This document shows, piece by piece, positions 9,872 to 19,040 of a stretch of 64,000 nt of DNA (positions within the stretch are counted from its first letter, which is position 1; every line of letters starts with the position of its first letter). Below the pieces are notes generated by a model, which ran no database searches, had not been told where the DNA came from, and saw nothing but the letters and a program-made list of their open reading frames with translations. The translations under genes were made by a program, and so were the position numbers. Source of the stretch: Bacteroidetes bacterium ADurb.Bin145. Lineage in GTDB: Bacteria; Bacteroidota; Bacteroidia; Bacteroidales; VadinHA17. The DNA is taken from positions 73,627-137,626 of the forward strand of contig MWDJ01000005.1 of the NCBI GenBank assembly GCA_002070505.1, read 5' to 3'.

Positions 9872-9979
9872 GTCATTTGAAATAAGTGTGGTATGAAGAT
9901 ACAAAAACTATTGGGATTAAGCTCTCACAGGATAATTCGGGATTACTCGCTACGCTCGTGATCCCTTGTGGGGAGGCTT

Positions 9980-10112
9980 CAAACTCATCAGATCAGTCTT
10001 CGCTTCGCGGTTTTTTGTTTTTTAAAAGCCCTCACTCAGACGGGGTCTGGTTCGGGCTTTTAAAAAACAAAAAACCCGCAGCTGACGCTGCGGGACTGAT
10101 CTGATGAGTTTG
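9980..10112. repeat. 133-nt nested inverted repeat (MITE/REP-like palindrome) abutting tRNA-Ser
   Basis: The outer arms are perfect 19-mers: 9980-9998 caaactcatcagatcagtc and 10094-10112 gactgatctgatgagtttg. The inner arms are perfect 23-mers: 10009-10031 ggttttttgttttttaaaagccc and 10054-10076 gggcttttaaaaaacaaaaaacc. The central loop is 22 nt. Confidence 0.8.
10062..10094 (-). terminator. rho-independent terminator of tRNA-Ser
   Basis: Read on the minus strand: CCCGCAGC-gtca-GCTGCGGG followed by TTTTTTGTTTTTT. It lies 17 nt downstream of the tRNA 3' end. Confidence 0.75.
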
Positions 10113-10202
10113 GCGGAGAAAGAGGGATTCGAACCCCCGGTCCACCGATAGGCGGACAACGGTTTTCAAGACCGCCGCATTCGACCACTCTGCCATTTCT
10201 CC
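10111..10202 (-). tRNA. tRNA-Ser (anticodon UGA), CCA encoded
   Basis: The reverse complement reads GGAGAAATGGCAGAGTGGTCGAATGCGGCGGTCTTGAAAACCGTTGTCCGCCTATCGGTGGACCGGGGGTTCGAATCCCTCTTTCTCCGCCA. The 7-bp acceptor stem is GGAGAAA/TTTCTCC. The anticodon loop CTTGAAA gives TGA. There is a long variable arm (GTCCGCC/GGTGGAC) and a T-loop TTCGAAT. Confidence 0.9.
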
Positions 10203-10214
10203 AATTATCCGCCG

Positions 10215-10222
10215 CAAATATA
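10215..10222 (-). promoter_or_regulatory. Bacteroidota-type -7 promoter box (TATATTTG) for tRNA-Ser
   Basis: The minus strand reads TATATTTG, matching TAnnTTTG, 13-20 nt upstream of the mature tRNA 5' end. Confidence 0.4.
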
Positions 10223-10445
10223 ATATTTTTTTTATTTGCTGTAGAAATTGTGAATTATTGATATATCATTGATAATCAGAGAAATAAATAATTTATTAAC
10301 ATGATTTGAACACAGACATCGGGCTGAAAATGCTCATTTAACCAATTAATGGGCTCCAGCGATTTCTCATTGCCTGAAAGGAGATATATGTAAAAACTCT
10401 TTTTTTTTTGCTAAAAGTCGCACTATTTGGTGAAAAACGCTAAAA

Positions 10446-10480
10446 TAAATTTGCATATGAACTAAAATGAAATAAATTTG
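10446..10480 (+). promoter_or_regulatory. two TAAATTTG (-7 type) boxes upstream of hup
   Basis: TAAATTTG occurs at 10446-10453 and at 10473-10480. Both match TAnnTTTG. The second lies about 42 nt upstream of the hup ATG. Confidence 0.35.
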
Positions 10481-10521
10481 TATTCAATTAGCAAAATGGT
10501 CTAACCCTTAATTTTATTACT

Positions 10522-10791
10522 ATGACAAAAAAAGATTTAGTTGCTGCAATTGCTAAAGACGCAAATCTTACAGTTAAAGATGCCGGAAAAGCTCTGAATT
10601 CATTCGTAACCTCAGTTGGAAAAGCAATGAAAAAAGGACAGAGGCTTCAGCTCCCTGGTCTTGGTACTTTCAAAGTAACCAAAAGAAGTGCCAGAGTGGT
10701 TCGCAATCCGCGTACAGGTGCTAAACTTAATGTTCCTGCAAAGAAAGTCGTTAAATTCAAAGCAGCTCCTGCTCTTGACAAAGGTCTTTAA
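10522..10791 (+). CDS. hup: HU-family DNA-binding protein
   Basis: 89 aa. Motifs LPGLGTFKVTKRSARVVRNPRTGAKLNVPAKKVVKFKA match the canonical HU/IHF arm. Confidence 0.9.
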   Translation: MTKKDLVAAIAKDANLTVKDAGKALNSFVTSVGKAMKKGQRLQLPGLGTFKVTKRSARVVRNPRTGAKLNVPAKKVVKFKAAPALDKGL

Positions 10792-10813
10792 TCTTGTAAA
10801 ATGAGATTGCCTG

Positions 10814-10841
10814 GGGGTGTTTCGATACACCCCTTTTTTTT
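10814..10841 (+). terminator. rho-independent terminator after hup
   Basis: GGGGTGT-ttcgat-ACACCCC followed by TTTTTTTT. Confidence 0.8.
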
Positions 10842-10981
10842 CATCGTTTCAATAATGATCCCCTGATGATTTCAAATACATATTAAAAAAGCTGCAAAAA
10901 AATCGAAAAACAAATTTTAACATTAGGCTAAATTGTTTTTTTTACTATTTTTGATTTAGATTTTCAGGAGAAATATCAATT

Positions 10982-11689
10982 ATGAATTGTATAATCGTTG
11001 ATGACGATCAGATGAGTTGTAAAATACTCGAAGGATATGTAGCCAAATCTTCGTCTCTTAATCTGATAGGTACATTCAGCGATTCAGTTGAGGCAAGGAA
11101 TATTATAACAAAACGCAGGGACATTGACCTGGTTATTCTCGATATTCAGATGCCAGAGATGGATGGCTTCGATTTTATCAACAGCCTCGATTATCCTCCT
11201 AATATAATTATTGTTACTGCAACAGAAGGATATGCCCTGAAAGCATTCGATTTCAATGTAGTCGACTATCTGCTTAAACCGATAACCTATGGCAGGTTCT
11301 GCAAAGCCATCGACAAAACTATTCGGTACTATTCAAGGAAAGAGATATCTCCTACTGGCGACGAAGAAATCTTCATCAAAAAGGGACCCTCACTTGTTAA
11401 ACTCAAATTAAAGGATATTATCTATATCGAAGCTCTTGAGAATTACGTCACACTAACGACCAATGAAGACAGGTTCACAATTCACTTTACAATGAAAGCT
11501 ATTGAAAGCCAGCTTCCATCAGGTGTCTTCATCAGGGTTCACAGATCATTTATTATTAACAAGAGCATGATCCAGGCTATCAAAGAGAATTCTCTTGATC
11601 TGATTGTCGGGGATACAATAAAAAGCATTCCGGTCGGAAAATCTTTCAGAGAATCATTGCTTGATGATATAAATGTGATGGCCAGATAA
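10982..11689 (+). CDS. LytTR-family response regulator (REC + LytTR DNA-binding domain)
   Basis: REC motifs IIVDDD and DLVILDIQMPEMDGFDF. LytTR motif IIYIEALENYVTLTT...RVHRSFIIN. No cognate kinase gene is adjacent. Confidence 0.85.
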   Translation: MNCIIVDDDQMSCKILEGYVAKSSSLNLIGTFSDSVEARNIITKRRDIDLVILDIQMPEMDGFDFINSLDYPPNIIIVTATEGYALKAFDFNVVDYLLKPITYGRFCKAIDKTIRYYSRKEISPTGDEEIFIKKGPSLVKLKLKDIIYIEALENYVTLTTNEDRFTIHFTMKAIESQLPSGVFIRVHRSFIINKSMIQAIKENSLDLIVGDTIKSIPVGKSFRESLLDDINVMAR

Positions 11690-11703
11690 TTTCTCTTATC
11701 TGA

Positions 11704-12903
11704 ATGCTAACTAACCGCCAACTTTTTCTGCTTCACATGGGTCAGACCTCCTCTTCACCATTGCTGGTTGAAGTTGAGAAAGCTCAAGGTTCAATAATGT
11801 ACGGTCCTGATGGCAGAAAATATATCGACCTGATTTCCGGAGTTTCCGTAAGCAATACCGGCCACCGGCACCCGAAAGTAATCGAAGCAATAAGGAAACA
11901 GCTGGATTCTTATCTGCACCTGATGGTGTATGGTGAAATGATTCAATCGCCACAGGTAAGATTTGCAGAACATCTTTCAAGCCTCCTTCCCGATTGCCTG
12001 AATGTATGCTATTTTGTTAATTCCGGCAGCGAAGCTGTAGAGGGTGCTATGAAACTGGCCAGAAAATATACTCGTCGCAGCAGGATAATTTCCTTTAAAA
12101 ATGCATACCACGGAAGTACCTGTGGAGCACTAAGCATACAGGGTAGCGAGTTTTACAAAAATGCCTTTCGGCCTTTGCTTCCTGATACACTGCAAATCGG
12201 GTTCAATGATTTTGATTCTCTCGAAAGCATTGATGAACATACAGCATGCGTTATTGTGGAACCTGTCCAGGCAGAAGCCGGCGTAATTTACCCTGAATCC
12301 GGATTCCTTCAGGAAATACGAAATAGATGCAGCAATAAAGGAGCTCTTCTTGTTTTCGATGAAGTTCAGACAGGATTCGGCCGGATCGGAAAGATGTTCG
12401 CCATTGACAGGTTCGGAGTTGTGCCTGACATCCTTGTACTTGCCAAGGCAATCGGAGGCGGAATGCCGTTAGGAGCATTTATTTCATCAGGTGAAATTAT
12501 GGCGGTACTCAGTAATAATCCTCAGCTTGGACATATCACCACTTTCGGGGGCCATCCTGTATGCTGTGCCGCAGGTCTTGCTTCCCTTGAAGTAATAATA
12601 GAAGAAAATCTGTCTGAGGAATGTATCAGAAAATCCGGGCTCATAAAAAAGACCCTCGTTCACCCTCTCATTCATGAAGTAAGAGGTGAGGGCCTGCTTC
12701 TTGCTGTAGAAGTAAAAAAGCCTGAATATACTCAGTATATCGTTGCAAATGCACCCGGATTTGGTATTATACTTGATTATTTTCTCTTCTGTAATACTGC
12801 ATTCAGGATTGCACCTCCGTTAAATATTCCTGATGATATTCTAATTCAATCATGCAAACAGCTTTTAATGCTCCTGGATGATACTGAAAAAAATGTACGC
12901 TAG
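11704..12903 (+). CDS. class-III PLP aminotransferase (acetylornithine/succinylornithine aminotransferase-like)
   Basis: Motifs [33 protein letters not shown] and [14 protein letters not shown], which contains the PLP-binding Lys context. Confidence 0.75.
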   Translation: MLTNRQLFLLHMGQTSSSPLLVEVEKAQGSIMYGPDGRKYIDLISGVSVSNTGHRHPKVIEAIRKQLDSYLHLMVYGEMIQSPQVRFAEHLSSLLPDCLNVCYFVNSGSEAVEGAMKLARKYTRRSRIISFKNAYHGSTCGALSIQGSEFYKNAFRPLLPDTLQIGFNDFDSLESIDEHTACVIVEPVQAEAGVIYPESGFLQEIRNRCSNKGALLVFDEVQTGFGRIGKMFAIDRFGVVPDILVLAKAIGGGMPLGAFISSGEIMAVLSNNPQLGHITTFGGHPVCCAAGLASLEVIIEENLSEECIRKSGLIKKTLVHPLIHEVRGEGLLLAVEVKKPEYTQYIVANAPGFGIILDYFLFCNTAFRIAPPLNIPDDILIQSCKQLLMLLDDTEKNVR

Positions 12904-12905
12904 AG

Positions 12906-13727
12906 ATGAATCGATTGATTTTCATTTGCTCCTTCACTTTATTCTCACTTTTCCAGGTGAAAGGTCAATCCGCGGTAAATGATATTCCCCTGACACTTCA
13001 GAAGCTTTATACAGCCATCCTAAATGCTGATGATGACGAACGGATCCGTCTTAACGATTCAGTAAAGCTCATAATGAATGATTATGTTATGTCTGATTCG
13101 GTATTCAGACACCGATTTGATAACCTCAGGTACCTTGGCCAGATAGATTCCCCTGACGGAAAACTCAAGCTCATCACCTGGAATCTCCCCCTTCGTAAAG
13201 GAGAAAACAGGTACTACCTTTATATAATAAGGAAGAACAAAAAACAGGAAAAAAACACTGTGTATAAACTCGAAGGTAAATACAGGCAGGAATCTGCCAG
13301 TACTGACAAAACTTATTCGGCTGATAACTGGTACGGCGCCTTGTACTATGCCATACAGCCTTTCAGATATAACGGAAATAAGCTTTACCTGATCCTGGGA
13401 CTGGATAGTGACAATGTTAATAATTCAAGGAAGATAATTGACATTCTTGACTTCAACGACAATGATGAGATCATTTTCGGACGGGATTGTCTCTTAAGAG
13501 ATGGTAAGAGGAAATACCGGGAGGTGCTTGAATATTCTGCCGATGGGATGATCTCACTTCGTCTAAGAACAAAGAAACTGATAGTTTTCGACCATATTAA
13601 TCCCTTAGCATTGGGGCATGAAAATGATCCGGAATCATTTGGTGCCGGATTATCATTTGACGGTTATTCATTCAGGAAGGGTAACTGGGAATTCAAATCC
13701 AATATAGATGTCAGGAATTTAAAATAA
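12906..13727 (+). CDS. hypothetical secreted protein
   Basis: 273-aa ORF with an N-terminal signal peptide (FICSFTLFSLFQVKGQ). It starts 3 nt after the previous stop. I recognised no family. Confidence 0.5.
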   Translation: MNRLIFICSFTLFSLFQVKGQSAVNDIPLTLQKLYTAILNADDDERIRLNDSVKLIMNDYVMSDSVFRHRFDNLRYLGQIDSPDGKLKLITWNLPLRKGENRYYLYIIRKNKKQEKNTVYKLEGKYRQESASTDKTYSADNWYGALYYAIQPFRYNGNKLYLILGLDSDNVNNSRKIIDILDFNDNDEIIFGRDCLLRDGKRKYREVLEYSADGMISLRLRTKKLIVFDHINPLALGHENDPESFGAGLSFDGYSFRKGNWEFKSNIDVRNLK

Positions 13728-13750
13728 ATTCAATATTCTACTTTAAAATA

Positions 13751-14269
13751 ATGGCCGGCACAAAAATGACATATCTGATTTGCTTCGATGATCATCGGAA
13801 TTTTACTGATGACATCAGGAAAAGGTTTTCAGATAACACAAGATATACAGTTCTGTCATTTATCACGCAGAGCGATTTCACAGAACATTTCATACGGGAG
13901 AAAGAAAATAAATCATGCAAAGTTGCAATTATCGGTGTCCCTGATGTACTTGATAACTATGATCTTGTCGAGAAACTGACTTCGGAAATTAAAAAGTCAG
14001 ATCCGATGGCTGGTATAATTCTCCTCATAAATGGAGAAAAGCTGGAACTTGTAAAGAAAGCTGTGCGTACTAATATAGATGCTTATATTCCGCGAAATTC
14101 AAATTCAATCCTTCGCATACACAACACGGTTAAGAGGCTTATAAGCATACATAACATCTCCACCTTCAGAAAAAAGCGGAACCTCGCATTATATGTACTG
14201 TTAAGTTTCATACTTCTATCTGTGCTGATCCTTGTAATATCATTTTTTAAGGCTCCTCAGTATTTCTGA
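13751..14269 (+). CDS. hypothetical protein: degenerate receiver-like domain with C-terminal TM anchor
   Basis: Receiver-like layout (LICFDDHRNF ... KVAIIGVPDV ... GIILLING ... DAYIPRN). It ends in a hydrophobic helix, LALYVLLSFILLSVLILVISFF. Confidence 0.45.
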   Translation: MAGTKMTYLICFDDHRNFTDDIRKRFSDNTRYTVLSFITQSDFTEHFIREKENKSCKVAIIGVPDVLDNYDLVEKLTSEIKKSDPMAGIILLINGEKLELVKKAVRTNIDAYIPRNSNSILRIHNTVKRLISIHNISTFRKKRNLALYVLLSFILLSVLILVISFFKAPQYF

Positions 14270-14401
14270 TAAGATAGCTTTCTGTAATTAATGTCATGTT
14301 CTGCAATATGCCAGAAAATGACTATTTGTCAGTTAAAATCACTGGCACATCTTTTGAAAAGGACTTGACGACAATTTCCGTAAAACTAAAACTCAGATGA
14401 T

Positions 14402-16447
14402 ATGCAGACTGGAAAGATTGGAGTTACTACAGAGAACATTTTTCCTATAATCAAGAAGTTCCTGTATTCGGATCATGAGATATTCCTCAGGGAGCTTATT
14501 TCAAATGCCGTCGATGCCACGCAGAAGCTGAAAGCGATGGTCCAGGCAGGTGATTTCAAGGGTGACCCCGGTGACCTTACTATAAGGGTCGATGTTGATA
14601 AAAAGAAGAAAACAATTAAAGTAACTGACAGGGGAATAGGCATGACGCAGGAGGAACTTGATAAATATCTGAACCAGATAGCTTTCTCAAGCGCCAATGA
14701 ATTCCTTGACAAGTACAAGGACCAGACTAACTCGATAATCGGTCACTTCGGACTTGGCTTTTATTCATCATTCATGGTATCTGAAAAGGTTGAGGTGTTG
14801 ACCAGGTCATGGCAGGAAAACGCTCAGGCAGTAAAATGGACCTGCGACGGAACCCCTGAATTCACTATTGACAAGACTGAAAAAGACGACAGGGGGACAG
14901 AGGTTATCCTGCATCTGGATAAGGATTCCAAAGAATTCCTGGAGGAAAATAAAATCGAGGAGCTGCTCAAAAAATACTGCAAGTTCCTTCCCGTTGAAAT
15001 AGCCTTTGGAAAGGAAAAGGAATGGAAAGACGGAAAATATGTGGATACCGGGAAAGACAAGATTATTAATAACACAAAACCTGCCTGGACATTAAAACCT
15101 TCTGAACTGAAGGATGAGGATTACCTGAAATTCTACAGGGAATTGTATCCGATTGGTGATGAGCCTCTCTTTAATATCCATCTGAATGTTGATTATCCTT
15201 TTAAACTGACGGGTATATTGTATTTCCCAAAAATTAAAAGCAATATAGAGATACAGAAGAACAAAATACAACTTTACTGCAACCAGGTATTTGTGACAGA
15301 CTCTGTGGAAGGTATTGTGCCTGAATTCCTTACTCTGTTGCACGGGGTAATCGATTCTCCCGATATACCTCTGAATGTATCAAGAAGTTATCTTCAGAGT
15401 GATGCTAATGTTAAAAAAATCTCAGGGCATATAACCAAGAAAGTCGCTGACAGGCTGAGCGAGATTTTTAAGAACAACAGACCTGAATTTGAAAAGAAAT
15501 GGGACAGCCTGAAGCTCTTCATCGATTACGGAATGATAACTGAAGAAAAATTCTACGAAAAAGCTGTAAAATTTGCACTTCTAAAAAACACTGATGACAA
15601 ATATTTTACTCTCGAGGAGTATGAAAAACTGATAAAAGACAAACAGACAGACAAGCATAAGAGTCTGATATATCTGTATTCAACCAATAAGACAGATCAG
15701 TATGCCTATATAGAAAAAGCTAAGAACAGAGGATATGATGTACTTCATATGGATGGACAGCTTGATGTTCATATGATAAACCACCTTGAGACCAAACTCA
15801 AGGATTCGCGGTTTGTCAGAGTAGATTCAGATGTCATTGATAAGCTTATTCAGAAAGATGAGATGCGCGAATCAAAGCTGACTGATGAACAGAAAGATGA
15901 TCTTAAAAGTGTTTTTAATGTAAAAGTGAAATCTGGCGAAGTTTACAATGTTGTGTTTGAGACACTTGATGAAAACGAAGCACCGGTGTTGATAACCCAG
16001 TCAGAATTCATGAGAAGGATGAAGGATATGTCCCAAATAGGTGGAGGCATGAATTTTTATGGTGAGCTGCCTGACAGTTATAATCTTGTTATTAATCCAA
16101 ATCATCCTCTGATACTCAAAATATATGAAGATTTGAAGGCTCAGGAGGGGGAAAAACTCGCAGAAAATGGAAAGAAGAAAAAAGAGTTGAAGGAGGAAAT
16201 CGATTTTCTTGAAAAAGAACATAGCAAGAAAAAACAGGATGAAATAAGCCAGGTCGAGAAGGATGACCTTGAGAAGCTAAGGAAATCCCTTCAGGAAATT
16301 GAAGATTCAAGGAAAATAACTCTCGAAACCTACGGAGGGAGCAACAAACTGGTAAAGCAGCTTATTGATTTAGCTCTGCTTGCAAACAATATGCTAAAAG
16401 GAGAAGATCTGAGCACTTTTGTGAAGAGAAGCGTTGAGCTTCTTTAG
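14402..16447 (+). CDS. htpG: molecular chaperone HtpG (Hsp90)
   Basis: Motifs FLRELISNAVDA, DRGIGMT and GHFGLGFYSSFMV. Length is 681 aa. Confidence 0.92.
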   Translation: MQTGKIGVTTENIFPIIKKFLYSDHEIFLRELISNAVDATQKLKAMVQAGDFKGDPGDLTIRVDVDKKKKTIKVTDRGIGMTQEELDKYLNQIAFSSANEFLDKYKDQTNSIIGHFGLGFYSSFMVSEKVEVLTRSWQENAQAVKWTCDGTPEFTIDKTEKDDRGTEVILHLDKDSKEFLEENKIEELLKKYCKFLPVEIAFGKEKEWKDGKYVDTGKDKIINNTKPAWTLKPSELKDEDYLKFYRELYPIGDEPLFNIHLNVDYPFKLTGILYFPKIKSNIEIQKNKIQLYCNQVFVTDSVEGIVPEFLTLLHGVIDSPDIPLNVSRSYLQSDANVKKISGHITKKVADRLSEIFKNNRPEFEKKWDSLKLFIDYGMITEEKFYEKAVKFALLKNTDDKYFTLEEYEKLIKDKQTDKHKSLIYLYSTNKTDQYAYIEKAKNRGYDVLHMDGQLDVHMINHLETKLKDSRFVRVDSDVIDKLIQKDEMRESKLTDEQKDDLKSVFNVKVKSGEVYNVVFETLDENEAPVLITQSEFMRRMKDMSQIGGGMNFYGELPDSYNLVINPNHPLILKIYEDLKAQEGEKLAENGKKKKELKEEIDFLEKEHSKKKQDEISQVEKDDLEKLRKSLQEIEDSRKITLETYGGSNKLVKQLIDLALLANNMLKGEDLSTFVKRSVELL

Positions 16448-16503
16448 CAAATGGGGAACAAAAGTCAGGCCGGCTGCGTATAATAATATATATACTGTAC
16501 AGA

Positions 16504-18303
16504 TTAATCGGCTTTCTCTACCCTGAGCTGCTTCAATTCATTCTCAAGGTTTATTATCATTTCACGCTGGGTTAAATTTCCCTGGAGCAAATTATGTGCA
16601 AAGCGTGAATAAGCAGCTGCCTTTTTCTGATCACCCAGAACCGTATACGCCTGGGAAAGATTTGACGCGGACTTTAAAAGATAATCAGGTGGACAGGATT
16701 TGTGCACAATCAGTCTGTTAAGATATTCTATTCCCTTATCATAGTCTCTGAGAGCCACATCCTCGCAGCTCACAAGTAAAACCCCAAGCTTAAGAAGAAC
16801 AATTGGCTCATTAGGGAATGTTTTAAGTGCAAGTGTGAAGTGATTTATGGCTTCATTGTATTTCTTTTCCTCTGTTAACAGATCACCAAGGGTTTCAACA
16901 CTTAACATTTCCGGCTTGATCCTGAACGATGCCTTAAAAAGAGATTCAGCTTCCTTTTTCTTTCTATCCTGTAACTTAATCAGTCCTGACAGTAAAAGTC
17001 CTCTTGGATTCGAAGGTGAGATTTTATTTAGTTTTGCCAGATATTGCTCAGCTTTATCCTTTTTATCCATGATTATCGAAATATAACTAGCGTTTATTAT
17101 GACTTCGGGATTCTCAGGCTGTTTTTTTACAAAATTCTCTAAAAGATTCTCTGCTTGCTGTATTTTATTCTCCCTTATCAGGCAGATTAACAGATTTGCC
17201 TGGATTTCAGTATCTCCGGGATCAAGTTCTATTGTCCGGAGGTAGTATTTTCCAGCCTCCGTAAAGTACTCATTAGCGTACAACAGATCAGCCACTTCCT
17301 TAAGTTCCGGAAGATCATCATGAAATATACTGAAGTGTTTATCAAGAAGTTGAAGAGCCTCATTCCAGTATTGGGTTCTTAGTAAGATCCTTACAGCTTT
17401 TGATATTACATATTTATCATCAGGTGCATAATTCAGCGCATTCCTGATCAATACAACAGCCCAGTCAAGATATGAATCATAAGCAGCCTGATCAACCTGT
17501 TTGAGAATATAAGCTGCTGATTTTGAACGGAGTGCCAGCAAATCCATCAGAGTATCAACGGGGGCGGTGATGTGCACCAGCTCATTGGACCTGATTAAAC
17601 ACCTCTCGCTGGCAGCAGGATCACCCTTAATGCTGTTAATATTTCCCAGCAGCCGGTATGCAGGGCCATAAGTGTTATCTTTAAGAATATCAAGCAGTAT
17701 TTCCTGCGCCTTATCGTACTGTCTCAAATTAAGATAGACCCTTGCTGTCTGGTATTTTGCATATACGTTCAGCGGGAAGTAATCATTCCTGAAATTTGTA
17801 CTATGCTGATTAGCATTTAAATCACTTCCGCTTATCTTCTTATATGCAGCAAGCGCATCTTCATTCAAACCAAGATTCTGGTATTCCTCACCCAGATAAT
17901 AATATGCAAGGTATGCTCCGGAATCTGCTTCCAGCACTCTTTTGAAATTATCAATCGCCTCGGTTGACTTGCTCATTTCCTTGTTCAGGCAGCCAAAATA
18001 ATAACTCCATATCCATTCTTTTCCGTCTCTTTCAATAGCTGATGTGTAACATTCAGCCGCTTCAGTGTAACTGGCGCTTGAATGATAAACCATTCCAAGA
18101 ATACCCATATTATGGCTTGAAGGATTAATATATGCTTTCCTTGATGCTGTTTTTATCAGATCCTTCAGTATCGGTGAAATATTCTCTTTTTCAGTTATAT
18201 CAGGAATATTTTTCCGGTATGGAAAATCAATGATGATCTTCACCATTAGAAGCAGCAGTATTATTGCTGAAGAGAGAAATATTATCCTGTTCTTTTTTAG
18301 CAT
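16504..18303 (-). CDS. membrane-anchored tetratricopeptide (TPR) repeat protein
   Basis: Start moved from a TTG at 18327 to the ATG at 18303 (MLKKNRIIFLSSAIILLLLMV). One N-terminal TM helix is followed by many 34-aa TPR-like units (AxxYYxxGxxYxxxGxxxxA). Confidence 0.7.
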   Translation of the reverse strand: MLKKNRIIFLSSAIILLLLMVKIIIDFPYRKNIPDITEKENISPILKDLIKTASRKAYINPSSHNMGILGMVYHSSASYTEAAECYTSAIERDGKEWIWSYYFGCLNKEMSKSTEAIDNFKRVLEADSGAYLAYYYLGEEYQNLGLNEDALAAYKKISGSDLNANQHSTNFRNDYFPLNVYAKYQTARVYLNLRQYDKAQEILLDILKDNTYGPAYRLLGNINSIKGDPAASERCLIRSNELVHITAPVDTLMDLLALRSKSAAYILKQVDQAAYDSYLDWAVVLIRNALNYAPDDKYVISKAVRILLRTQYWNEALQLLDKHFSIFHDDLPELKEVADLLYANEYFTEAGKYYLRTIELDPGDTEIQANLLICLIRENKIQQAENLLENFVKKQPENPEVIINASYISIIMDKKDKAEQYLAKLNKISPSNPRGLLLSGLIKLQDRKKKEAESLFKASFRIKPEMLSVETLGDLLTEEKKYNEAINHFTLALKTFPNEPIVLLKLGVLLVSCEDVALRDYDKGIEYLNRLIVHKSCPPDYLLKSASNLSQAYTVLGDQKKAAAYSRFAHNLLQGNLTQREMIINLENELKQLRVEKAD

Positions 18304-18365
18304 TATTCTTTGAATATAGGAAAGCAAATATACTTTTTATTCAGACTAAAGAAGAAGATGATATT

Positions 18366-19013
18366 TTATTCAAAGAAAAGATCTCCGAAGAATTCCGGAC
18401 GATGATAATCAGGATTTTCAGTTTTAACAGGTTTCCAGGTAACATAATGAGGTACCTTCGTTTCATCTCCACATTTATAGAAATTTCCTTTAGCCTTAAT
18501 ACCCTTAAAGGTACTCAGATGATCAAAAGCAAGGCACACCATTGGGATCCGTATCATTATTTCCCATTCAAAATTCCCTGATCTTTCTGTAATGATTTGA
18601 TTTCCAAATGAGGATCTCACTTCCATCTTATTAATTATTGACGGATCAACAAGTTTTCTGTTATGTCTTCCGGGGCCCCAGCCCAAATGTATTGTACCAA
18701 TACAATTAAACTCAAAATTGTAATAATTTATCCCGTCGAGGGATAGGAAAAATTCCACGCAATTGTCTTTATATACATCACCATTAGTCCTTGTTTCAAC
18801 TGCCCTGAGATGTTTTTCCTTAACATAGTATTTCAGCCATATTTCGTTGCCCGAGTATCCTGTTCGGAAATATACTTCAGGAAGATAATTAAATTTCTTC
18901 CAGTTCAGTATCTTAATAGGATTTGTAACAATATGTTCTTCAAGTAGTTTTTCTGCAATATCAAGACTAACAGGGTATTTATATTTAATTTCTTTAATTG
19001 TAAGCACTTCCAT
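18366..19013 (-). CDS. CBM9-like / DOMON-like protein (no signal peptide)
   Basis: Motifs DNCVEFFLSLDGINYYNFEFNCIGT and the C-terminal FYKCGDETKVPHYVTWKPV...PDYHRPEFFGDLFF match my recollection of carbohydrate-binding family 9-like (DOMON-fold) proteins. It lies 27 nt downstream of the preceding gene. Confidence 0.6.
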   Translation of the reverse strand: MEVLTIKEIKYKYPVSLDIAEKLLEEHIVTNPIKILNWKKFNYLPEVYFRTGYSGNEIWLKYYVKEKHLRAVETRTNGDVYKDNCVEFFLSLDGINYYNFEFNCIGTIHLGWGPGRHNRKLVDPSIINKMEVRSSFGNQIITERSGNFEWEIMIRIPMVCLAFDHLSTFKGIKAKGNFYKCGDETKVPHYVTWKPVKTENPDYHRPEFFGDLFFE

Positions 19014-19040
19014 ATATCCGTCTAATAATCTTCACATCAT

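Noticed and set aside
9886-10217. ORFs 9886..10104 (+) and 10032..10217 (-).
   Set aside because: They overlap the tRNA-Ser gene and the 133-nt palindrome. The region is better explained by RNA and structural elements.
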